Below are positions 20,424 to 28,285 of a stretch of 64,000 nucleotides of DNA, piece by piece. Position 1 is the first letter of the stretch. Every line of letters begins with the position of its first letter. Source of the DNA: Thermodesulfobacteriota bacterium (GTDB lineage Bacteria; Desulfobacterota; Desulfarculia; JACQYL01); contig CAXXLZ010000001.1 of the NCBI GenBank assembly GCA_963675595.2, positions 1,408,001 to 1,472,000 of the forward strand. Direction: 5' to 3'. The position numbers and the translations under genes are program-made. The notes below the pieces were generated by a model that searched no databases, was not told where the DNA came from, and worked only from the letters and a program-made list of their open reading frames with translations.

Positions 20424-20624
20424 CTACCCGCAAAGCGGCAGGTATTTTTTGACTGCCACTTCCTCTTCCACGTAATAGGCCGGTGTAAGTTCCCGCAAAG
20501 TTTCCGCTCCGAGAACCTCTTTCAGAAATTTCGATTCCTCGATACAGGCTTTGCCCTTGAACCCTCTTGTTTCGAGCTTGATCTCTCCATCCATGGATAC
20601 TTCCACAATGATTTCTTTCATCAC
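20424..20624 (-). CDS. DUF2997 family protein
   Basis: I.VEVS.DGEIKLETRGFKGKAC......L..LG........PAYY. Confidence 0.8.
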   Translation of the reverse strand: MMKEIIVEVSMDGEIKLETRGFKGKACIEESKFLKEVLGAETLRELTPAYYVEEEVAVKKYLPLCG

Positions 20625-20630
20625 AGCCTC

Positions 20631-21002
20631 CTACATCCGGACGTGGAGCCGGATTGCATTTTCGGTTTTCTTTTCGATCACCGTGTAGCCTTTACGCCGA
20701 GCTTCGGTCCGGGTCTTCTCCACCGCATAGGCCTGCTTCAAGAGTCCTCCGTTTACGCCGATGGCTCTTTCCACGTTGGGGTCGTAGAAGTCGCACTGAA
20801 GCTGGTACCTGCCGTGCATCCTCTGAACGCCGATTTCATAATCCGCGCCGGGCAATCGAATGGCATGCTCGCACGCTGCATTGTTTCCGTACCACCGGAA
20901 CTCTTTCCTGCCTTCGAGAAACACCAGGCCCAGCCGATTACACGCAGACTTCAGGACAGCGAGGTCCTTTACTTCGAGTTCGATTTTGACGATATGACTC
21001 AT
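20631..21002 (-). CDS. DUF1257 (Ycf35-like) family protein
   Basis: MSH...I.LEVKDL..LKSAC..LG...YEIG....G.Y.L..D...LKQAYA. Confidence 0.8.
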   Translation of the reverse strand: MSHIVKIELEVKDLAVLKSACNRLGLVFLEGRKEFRWYGNNAACEHAIRLPGADYEIGVQRMHGRYQLQCDFYDPNVERAIGVNGGLLKQAYAVEKTRTEARRKGYTVIEKKTENAIRLHVRM

Positions 21003-21481
21003 CGTATCCTCCGAATCGTTCTGACGGGTTCTTCGTCGCTTCTGCTCGCTCTCTTCGCCCGAGTCTCAGCCCAATCCCGGAGCGCTGAGAGCTGCTCCTT
21101 CATGGTTTTCGAAAGCGGAACAATGGCTTCACGAGCGTTTCCTAGGCCATCGAACAGCGAATCCTTGGCCAGCTGCTCGATCTCAGCGCCTGTCCATTCA
21201 GTGAGTTCAGCAGCATACTCGGAGGGTATTTCCGAACCGTATCGTTGATTCATGATCTCGATAATGGCTTCGCGCTCGTTTTTGTTCGGGATATCCACGA
21301 AAAAAAGGGCATCAAACCTCCCCGATCGCAGAAACTCAGGCGGAAGCCCCGAGATATCGTTGGCGGTTGCCATGACCAGAATCGGACTGGTAGTCTCTTG
21401 GAGCCAGAGGAGCAGATGCCCGAACATGGACGAGGTGGTACCGCCGTCCGTCATCCCCGAACTTTTCACCCCGGACAGCAC
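20999..21481 (-). CDS. Ycf46-like AAA ATPase, exon 2 (after group II intron)
   Basis: VLSGVKSSGMTDGGTTSSMFG.LL.WLQE..ATANDIS.LPPEFLRSGRFD..FFVD.P, which continues exon 1 in frame. Confidence 0.9.
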   Translation of the reverse strand: MLSGVKSSGMTDGGTTSSMFGHLLLWLQETTSPILVMATANDISGLPPEFLRSGRFDALFFVDIPNKNEREAIIEIMNQRYGSEIPSEYAAELTEWTGAEIEQLAKDSLFDGLGNAREAIVPLSKTMKEQLSALRDWAETRAKRASRSDEEPVRTIRRIR

Positions 21482-24042
21482 GTAGGGTAGGCAGCGGCCC
21501 TCCTGCAGAAGCAGGCTAAGCCGCCACCCCCCTCCGAACCGTACGTGCGGCTTTCACCGCATACGGCTCTCTACTTACACTTACCTGGAAATCTCAGGTC
21601 AGGCAGAGTCCCGTCATGGAGTTGCCGATGGCAGTGAACGCACAAGACCAGGGTTTTCCGATTGCGTTCACGCATCAGCTCTTTCCATGGTTCGTTGCCA
21701 TCAGCAACGGCACTCATACTCCCGGCGTGGTGCACCTCAAAGTAGCCGCCTGCACGCCCGCAGAACTCGCATTTCTGAGCCCTCAAACGAGAAAGGATAT
21801 CAGAGTACGTGGCCCGATACTTCTTTGTATTGGGTACACTGTCGAGATTCTGCAACAGGGAAGAGCGGTAAAATTTGAGGTCCTTCAACCTGAAGAGCCG
21901 AGTGGTGCGTAATTTCCCATGGTACCATTCGGTAATAGCGTATTCCCCCGGTTCAACCTTCAGACGCCTCCTCACTGTTCTCTTGCTGCAGCGGTGTTTT
22001 CGGGCAAATGTTCTCGTCAAACTTCGGAACCAGACGGACTGCAGTTTCTGCAATGCCCGAACTGCCCCTTGAGCGAGAACATAGTAATTGGCAAAGCCCC
22101 TCAACTCCGCGTTGTAAATCGTGAGGATTTGTGTATCCATTAGGTTGACCAAGTTAAGTCGGGGCATGACTTCAAAGTTCTCATAGTTGCCATATCCGTT
22201 CTTCTTGCAGAACGCCGCCATCTTATCGCTTGGGACTTTAAGCTGGATTCGACCAGCCCCAAGCCTCCTGGTCGTGTAGGTCCCGCCAAGTTTTACCTTG
22301 ACCGATTTTCCCACCGGGTAGGTTGTGATGTCATACCCGAGGAAGCGCGTTTCCTCAGTACAATGACGGAGGCCTGATTTCTCTTCGGAGATCTGCAGGC
22401 GCAAATGTTCTTGGACAAAACCACGAACAGTCTGCATGACCTGCCTGCAATCCTCCTTGGAGCCGATCATGCCGATGAGAAAATCATCGGCGTACCGGAT
22501 ATACATCAGTCTCTTGTAACCTTCGTCATGGAAATCCAAGGAAGGGACTAAACGTCGCATCCTGCAATGTTCCCGAAGTTCGGCTTCTATTTCTTTGAGC
22601 TTTTCGGTCTCCCCAGCCTGCTGAGCCCGGGCGAACCTTATCCTTTGACGACGGACCAGATACTGATAGCGGAGATACTCTTCGTTCCGGCGTCTTCGCT
22701 TTCCCTTGTTGAATTCCTGAACCAGACTTTCCATGAACTCGTCGAGCTCATGAAGGTAAATATTGGCTAGGATCGGGGAAATAATTCCACCTTGAGGAGT
22801 TCCACTATACGTGGCATGGTATTTCCAATCATCAATATAGCCGGCCTTAAGCATGGCCTTGATGAGATTGATGAAACGCCTGTCGTCAATCCGTTTCTCC
22901 AACAGTCTTATCAACACCTTATGGTCGATATTGTCGAAGAAACCCCGGATATCCATGTCGATGATCCACTTAACGCCGGTCCAGTATTTCTGAAGATACC
23001 GCAAAGCGGTATGACACGATCTTTCCGGACGAAATCCATGCGAGCGATCAGAAAAGATCGGCTCGTAGATTCGTTCCAGAATCGCTCGTGTCACTTCCTG
23101 GATCAGCTTGTCATCTCCGGAAGGTATGCCCAAGGGTCGCAACTTACCGTTGGCCTTGGGGATGTAAACGCGTTTTGATGGTTTGAACTTGTAACGACCG
23201 TCTTTGAGCAGCTTAATAATGTTCTTTGCCCGCTCATCGGAAAAGCCGTCCAGGGTCACGCCGTCCACGCCCTTCGTCATAGCACCTTTGTTTGAATAGA
23301 TATTGGCGTAGGCGTCTTCCCATAAAGTCGGGTTTTCCATGAGCCGAAATAGGCCGTTAACACGTTTCCCCTGCTTGGAGAGTTTTCCAAGAGCGTTCAA
23401 CCTCTTGATGGTCGTAGCGGACAGCATCAGCACATCCTCCTTTCAGAGTGTTGAACACGTTGCATAAGCTGTCTTCCTTCCCCCGGATAGAGGACCCTTC
23501 GTCGATGTCGCCACCGACTTATAGCCATATCCGTATCCCGCAATTGCGAGATCTGCAGAACCCATTACAGGCCCACCTTGGGTACTATGAAGACTCCGTC
23601 GCCATACAGGTCCGAGCCGTGTGCTCGTGACCAGCTTAGGCGATCCCGCATTTACGCCAGATCAAAGATTCGCCGTGGTTAGGTCTCCCGTTCGTCCCTT
23701 TTATCCTTCTCGTCGAAGGCATGCCGGACAGACGGAATATGCAGGTCGAAAAGTGGGCCTACATACAGTCCGGACTGGCGTTTCAGCTACTTTCACCAGT
23801 GCCCGAGCTACGGCCATGAGGACTGGGGTTCAAGCAGTTTAGCCTTGACCATACACGGCTTACGCTGACATCATCGTTGGTCGTAGCTACCTTCTTTGAT
23901 GCCTTTTCCCAACATGCTGCACTCCCCCCTCCCTTTCGGGACAAGGACCATTGCTGGTCAGAGATAAGTTGGGTGCGTACAGGATATTTCCGTAATCTTG
24001 GTGACTTCCGTCACACTCCTATCTGGCGCCAATACGGCGCAC
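21482..24042 (-). mobile_element. Group II intron (2561 nt, IIA/ML-like)
   Basis: 5' end GTGCG at 24042. Domain V GAGCCGTATGCGGTGAAAGCCGCACGTACGGTTC at 21569-21536. 3' end ...CCCTAC at 21482. Removal restores the host reading frame. Confidence 0.93.
21571..23433 (-). CDS. ltrA: Group II intron reverse transcriptase/maturase with HNH endonuclease
   Basis: RPLGIP, SHGFRP, GTPQGGIISPILANIYLH, YIRYADDF, FLGY, and a C-terminal CEFCG..EVHH..LCVHCH. Confidence 0.95.
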   Translation of the reverse strand: MLMLSATTIKRLNALGKLSKQGKRVNGLFRLMENPTLWEDAYANIYSNKGAMTKGVDGVTLDGFSDERAKNIIKLLKDGRYKFKPSKRVYIPKANGKLRPLGIPSGDDKLIQEVTRAILERIYEPIFSDRSHGFRPERSCHTALRYLQKYWTGVKWIIDMDIRGFFDNIDHKVLIRLLEKRIDDRRFINLIKAMLKAGYIDDWKYHATYSGTPQGGIISPILANIYLHELDEFMESLVQEFNKGKRRRRNEEYLRYQYLVRRQRIRFARAQQAGETEKLKEIEAELREHCRMRRLVPSLDFHDEGYKRLMYIRYADDFLIGMIGSKEDCRQVMQTVRGFVQEHLRLQISEEKSGLRHCTEETRFLGYDITTYPVGKSVKVKLGGTYTTRRLGAGRIQLKVPSDKMAAFCKKNGYGNYENFEVMPRLNLVNLMDTQILTIYNAELRGFANYYVLAQGAVRALQKLQSVWFRSLTRTFARKHRCSKRTVRRRLKVEPGEYAITEWYHGKLRTTRLFRLKDLKFYRSSLLQNLDSVPNTKKYRATYSDILSRLRAQKCEFCGRAGGYFEVHHAGSMSAVADGNEPWKELMRERNRKTLVLCVHCHRQLHDGTLPDLRFPGKCK

Positions 24043-24966
24043 CTTTTCCGTCTCATCGATCCATATGACCGCTTTTCCGAAAGCATCAATCGTTGCAGTA
24101 GCTTGCCTCATTTTTCGTTCGCTCTCTCCGACGAGAGAACCTTTCAAAGCGGACAAATCCAACCGGATGAGCGGCCATCCGAGGATCGAGGCCGCTGCCT
24201 TGCAGGAGAGCGATTTCCCGCAGCCCGGCACCCCGACCAAAAGCAAGGCTTTAGGTCTTGGCAGATGCTCATTGCCGGGCTCGAAGGCTTTCTTTCGGTT
24301 ATTGATGTACTCCTTCAGGAGATCGAGGCCTCCGACTTCTTCGATGGGCACCGGCGGCCAGAACTCCATCAGTCCCGTGCGTTTGATCATCTGCTTTTTC
24401 TGCTCGGTAACGATCTCCCTGCAGAACCGTTTTCGTTCCACCAAGGACCGGGCAAACGCGGTCTCAGCCTCGAACTCGGTAAGTCCCAGGGCAGATTCGA
24501 CAGCCTCCGCATCGGCTTCGATCCCGACGCTCTCCCCAAGCTCTTCCTGAATCCGTCGAAGTTCCTCAAGCCCCGGAAGTTCAAAGTCCAGCATGGTGAA
24601 GTACTTTTCCAATTCCGCCGGCAGGCTCACCTGAGGCCCCACCAAGACCAGACAACACCCTTGGCCTTTCCAGGAGGGCAGGCTGTTCTGGATTTCCTGG
24701 ATGATTTCCACGGAACCCAGGAAGTGATGAAAATTGTGCACGAAGAGCACGGTGTCCTCTTTTCCCGAGAGCCATTTGAGACTGCTCAAAGGATCGGTGG
24801 AATCGTCGTTTCGCATGCCGGACTGCAAATCCACGATGCCGCGTTGACAGTCCCAGGAAAATGTCCTCCATCCTTCGGGTCGAATGGAGCCGACCGCTCG
24901 ATCCGGTTCGAGGGTGATGATGTAAAGCGCCGGATACCCGGCTTTGAGATAACTCGAAATGTCCAT
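24043..24966 (-). CDS. Ycf46-like AAA ATPase, exon 1
   Basis: Start MDISSYLKAGYP with GGAG SD, VGGLDLLKEY, Walker A GVPGCGKS, and Walker B IWIDETEK ending at the intron 5' splice site. Confidence 0.9.
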
Positions 24967-25086
24967 ATCGTTCTCCTTCCGTTCGGAAACAGAAAAGGCC
25001 GCTTCCAGCTCACGGCCGGAAACAGCCCACAAAAAAAGCGGCCGAAGCCGCCGCCATCCATGCTCTTTGATTCTTTTCTTCTTTGT

Positions 25087-25380
25087 TTAGTAGAGATACT
25101 CCTCAACGAGTTTGTAGGGAAATTGCTCCACTTCCGCTTCTTCGTTGAACTGCTCGAGCCTGTCTCTGCCGGCCACCGGCTCCTCCACCGGAACAGCCCT
25201 GCAAAGGATCAAATGCCCGCCGAATCTTTGTCGCAAGACCCCGAGTTCCGAAACCGCCTCGACCGGGTCTCGGAATCCAACCGGGTCATCCTGACCCACC
25301 ACCATGGGCCCCAGCGGATGCCGTGGGTTGATGATGATGTAGACCGGAGCCTCGTTCTCGTTGATCCCGACTGACCGCAC
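25087..25380 (-). CDS. Hypothetical protein
   Basis: AAGGAG SD, co-directional ORF. Confidence 0.55.
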   Translation of the reverse strand: MRSVGINENEAPVYIIINPRHPLGPMVVGQDDPVGFRDPVEAVSELGVLRQRFGGHLILCRAVPVEEPVAGRDRLEQFNEEAEVEQFPYKLVEEYLY

Positions 25381-25456
25381 AACCGTTCTCCTTTCTTAAG
25401 AAACAAAAAAACCGCCCTAAGACGGCTACTGATTTATTCCCGGACAAGAAGTTCAA

Positions 25457-25774
25457 TCAGACCCGGAGTCGAATCTTATCCACCTCCTTGACCTTCTTGG
25501 GCTCCCAGTAGAGGTCGCGATCCACTTCGAATCCCGGCCTGACCTTCAAAGCCCGAAGTTCGCTGAATGAGATATAGCCCCACTCAGCCATTTCCGGGTC
25601 ACCCAGGATCGCATAACCCCAGAACAGGTCTTCTCCGTCGTATTCCACGACGTACCAGTCAAAGGCTCCAAGGAAAAAATGCAGCCTGACCAGCTTCTCT
25701 TCGATGGGCGTTCCCTCGGTCTCATAGAGCCTCGGAAGCCTGTCCAATTCCTCTTTCGTCGGTATGTTCCACAT
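25457..25774 (-). CDS. DUF2958 family protein
   Basis: LP.LYETE...FFLG.FDWYVVEYD..DLFWG......EWGYISFSEL...VDRDLYW.PK. Confidence 0.8.
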   Translation of the reverse strand: MWNIPTKEELDRLPRLYETEGTPIEEKLVRLHFFLGAFDWYVVEYDGEDLFWGYAILGDPEMAEWGYISFSELRALKVRPGFEVDRDLYWEPKKVKEVDKIRLRV

Positions 25775-25910
25775 GGTAAATCACCTCCCGCTTTTCCAAT
25801 TCTCCGCCGCAGAATACGCAGCGGCACTGATCGAGATAGGGAAACTCCCTTCCTTCGATGAAAACTTGAAGGAAGTACTCACTGCCGCAAAACCGGCACT
25901 GAACCCGCAT
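25722..25910 (-). CDS. Small Zn-finger hypothetical protein
   Basis: AGGAGG SD, CRFC...CVFC. It overlaps the start of the DUF2958 gene. Confidence 0.4.
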   Translation of the reverse strand: MRVQCRFCGSEYFLQVFIEGREFPYLDQCRCVFCGGELEKREVIYHVEHTDERGIGQASEAL

Positions 25911-25920
25911 GACGCTCCTC

Positions 25921-26202
25921 CTAAAACAAGCTCGTGTGATGTCCGCAGTAGGGGCAAAACCTGTCGCCGAAGTCGTTGTAATCGAGCCCCAAAAAGAGCC
26001 ACTCGATTCGGTAGATGTTTCCGCAGCGTCCGCAAGTTGCCGGCTCGGGTCGATCCCTGCAGGGCTTCCGGAGCATCTTCTTCCGGTTGAAACAACTGCG
26101 GCCGCAGCTCTCGCAAATTTCCCATTCATCGAACACCTGAAGGATTCCGTTGCACTCCGGGCACTGCTTCTCTTCAACATTTGCGTAAAGCGCATGATCC
26201 AT
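25921..26202 (-). CDS. Cys-rich Zn-finger hypothetical protein
   Basis: Four CxxC pairs (CPEC, CESC, CGRC, CPYC) and an AGGAGG SD. Confidence 0.6.
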   Translation of the reverse strand: MDHALYANVEEKQCPECNGILQVFDEWEICESCGRSCFNRKKMLRKPCRDRPEPATCGRCGNIYRIEWLFLGLDYNDFGDRFCPYCGHHTSLF

Positions 26203-26282
26203 TTCTTCCTCCTGAAACAAAAAAAGGCCTGGAACCATTGGTTCCCGCCTCGTTAGGTCGAAACTTTCCACCTGCCGAATGA

Positions 26283-26738
26283 TCAATGAGTCTTGATGAC
26301 GCCCCGCTCAGACAGACTTTCAAAGCGGCCTTCATCGCCCACGACCACATGATCCACCACCCCGACATCGAAGAGTTCGGCACAACGGGTGAGTTTCTCG
26401 GTGATCGCGATATCTTCTGCGCTGGGTTCCGGGCATCCGCTGGGATGATTATGGATGAACGCCATCTTATCGGAATTACTCAGGAAAACCGCCTTGAATA
26501 TTTCCCGTACGGATAGAATGGTCTGGCTCAAGGTTCCCACGCTTACCAGATGGATGCAGTTCACGTAGTTCTTGACGTTCAGGCACACCAGAAGAAACAT
26601 CTCCCGGTCCGCGTTTCCCATGAACTTCAGGCCGAGTTCAGCCAAGTCCTGCGGCCCTCGGATGGGCTTCTTCCCATAGGGGATCGAGCCGTCCCGAACC
26701 ATTTTGACGCTCACGATATCGATTCTTTCCTTCATCAT
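26283..26738 (-). CDS. radC: RadC-like JAB-domain protein
   Basis: E.F..V.LN.KN, REIFK, HNHPSG.PEPS.ED..IT..L and VVDHVVV. Confidence 0.92.
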   Translation of the reverse strand: MMKERIDIVSVKMVRDGSIPYGKKPIRGPQDLAELGLKFMGNADREMFLLVCLNVKNYVNCIHLVSVGTLSQTILSVREIFKAVFLSNSDKMAFIHNHPSGCPEPSAEDIAITEKLTRCAELFDVGVVDHVVVGDEGRFESLSERGVIKTH

Positions 26739-26810
26739 AGAAACCTCCCTGGAAAACCCTTGATTGGGGCTGTCCACAAAGCTCGGACAGCCCGTGAGGT
26801 CGATGTTGCC

Positions 26811-27068
26811 CTAAAACGGAATTTCGTCTCCGGCCTGACCCATCGACTTGATGCCGAAGTCCAGGAATGCCTGCCTGAACAATTCAGAGGCGGTCGGGAG
26901 ATCACCCGCCCGAAGGTTGGGTGAGGTCTTCCAGTTGCCCTCCGAATCCTTGAACACGCGTTGCAGACTGAAGGTATGGTAGTTTCCTTTTGCGCCGTCG
27001 TTTTCCCAGACACTAACGACGACTCCGTTTGCCCGATACTTCCTCACCGGTTTGTTGCTCTCGCTCAT
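26811..27068 (-). CDS. Small putative ssDNA-binding protein (PC4/whirly-like pattern)
   Basis: KPV..YR...V.VSVWEN.......FSLQRVFKD..GNWK.S..L...DL and an SSB-like C-terminal DEIPF tail. Confidence 0.55.
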   Translation of the reverse strand: MSESNKPVRKYRANGVVVSVWENDGAKGNYHTFSLQRVFKDSEGNWKTSPNLRAGDLPTASELFRQAFLDFGIKSMGQAGDEIPF

Positions 27069-27387
27069 GATTTCTCCTTTTCTTTTTTGTGGGGCCAATA
27101 ACAATCTATGGACATCCAAAGCCGAACATAGGGAACCTATGGCCGGTTACCAGCATCCATCAGCTGCGCATACTCTTCAGTTCATTTATGATCGCGCTGA
27201 TTTCCGATTCACTTGAAACCGAGTAAATATCAATAACCTTATACTCTGGGAAATATACGAGTATTATGGATGAAGCGTCCTTCGTGAAAATCCTCAACGA
27301 CCAAATCCGTTTTTTGTTTACCCTGTTAAATTGTACACGAGTTTAAACCCTATTTCTGACAATTGCTTCGAAAACCCTATAAACTTG

Positions 27388-27750
27388 TCATAGGAATTGC
27401 GGAAACAATCGAGTTCTAGATACATGATAAGCCCTCTCCATTTCTTTAAGCTCGTCAAGTATTCTCCAAGTGGCCGTATCATCGCCTATGGATCGAAGGC
27501 ACAAAATGTTCTTCTTCGGCCAGTAATAAAGCACAATTGAACTGATTGAATTGTCGCTCTGCTTGAAGTACCTTACCCAGCAATCAAGCCCACGGGTCTT
27601 GCCTCTGTTGTCATACTTGACCTTGAAAGAAAGGTATCTTAATTCCTCAGTAACCTTGTTGAATCTGTCCTCGTCATTTAGAAAACAATTCAAATCCATA
27701 ACATCCTCCTCTAACAGCCGCTCCATCCGCAGCGGATGCACAGCGGACAT
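27388..27750 (-). CDS. Hypothetical protein (AT-rich; start probably ~27699)
   Basis: 120 aa ORF with GAGGAGG before MDLNCF. Confidence 0.5.
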   Translation of the reverse strand: MSAVHPLRMERLLEEDVMDLNCFLNDEDRFNKVTEELRYLSFKVKYDNRGKTRGLDCWVRYFKQSDNSISSIVLYYWPKKNILCLRSIGDDTATWRILDELKEMERAYHVSRTRLFPQFL

Positions 27751-27914
27751 CCTCCGTCGCGGTAAAGAATTTCACCGCAGTCCGGACATCGCTCGACCCT
27801 TCTCGGACTCGGTTTGTTCGGTTGCTTGACTTCCGAGGTAACGAACGGCCTTTTTGACGGTTTCTTGGTGATCATCGAATTCATCCAACAGCTCCTTTCT
27901 CTTGAGTAACTCAT
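27711..27914 (-). CDS. Small Zn-ribbon protein
   Basis: C-terminal CPDCG..L...GGCPLCIRCGWSGC. Confidence 0.5.
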   Translation of the reverse strand: MSYSRERSCWMNSMITKKPSKRPFVTSEVKQPNKPSPRRVERCPDCGEILYRDGGCPLCIRCGWSGC

Positions 27915-28071
27915 TGGTCTTGAAGATTTCCTTTGCTTCGAGATGCAGTCCGATCAGTCCCAGTAAAAGCTCCGCCCCGAATTGATGGGACGGCTGAACC
28001 GACTGCGCCGCTTCCCGCCACTCGCGTCTCAGGCTCCGGAGGCCCCGACGCAACTTGGACGACGCACCCAA
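27772..28071 (-). CDS. Hypothetical protein
   Basis: GAGGTGA SD before TTG. It overlaps the Zn-ribbon ORF, so one of the two may be spurious. Confidence 0.35.
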   Translation of the reverse strand: MGASSKLRRGLRSLRREWREAAQSVQPSHQFGAELLLGLIGLHLEAKEIFKTNELLKRKELLDEFDDHQETVKKAVRYLGSQATEQTESEKGRAMSGLR

Positions 28072-28285
28072 GATTCACCTCGTCTCTTTGGCTAGAGTGT
28101 TTGTTGTCGTAGGAATGTGTGATTGAAGCTCTCGCTAAAACGAATGGGATACGGGCCGTCTTCAGGGACGGCGCGCCTTAAACGGTGGGTACAGGCTTCA
28201 CCCGACAAAATCGCTATTGGTGTTCCGGGGAAACCCGCATTGGTGACACGGATCGTCAAGCGCCTGGCCCTGCAAAGGTGTTCGC

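Noticed and set aside
21571-23433. Retron, DGR or defence-associated reverse transcriptase
   Set aside because: Canonical group II intron ends, domain V and maturase/HNH domains explain it fully. No TR/VR pair was seen.
23998-25374. 458 aa plus-strand ORF and other long antisense ORFs (for example 39336..40148, 33072..33938, 452..1231)
   Set aside because: These are shadow frames opposite well-supported genes in GC-rich DNA, with no recognisable motifs.
28090-28285. Possible structured ncRNA between HerA and downstream genes
   Set aside because: Only short scattered stems are present, with no recognisable family motif.
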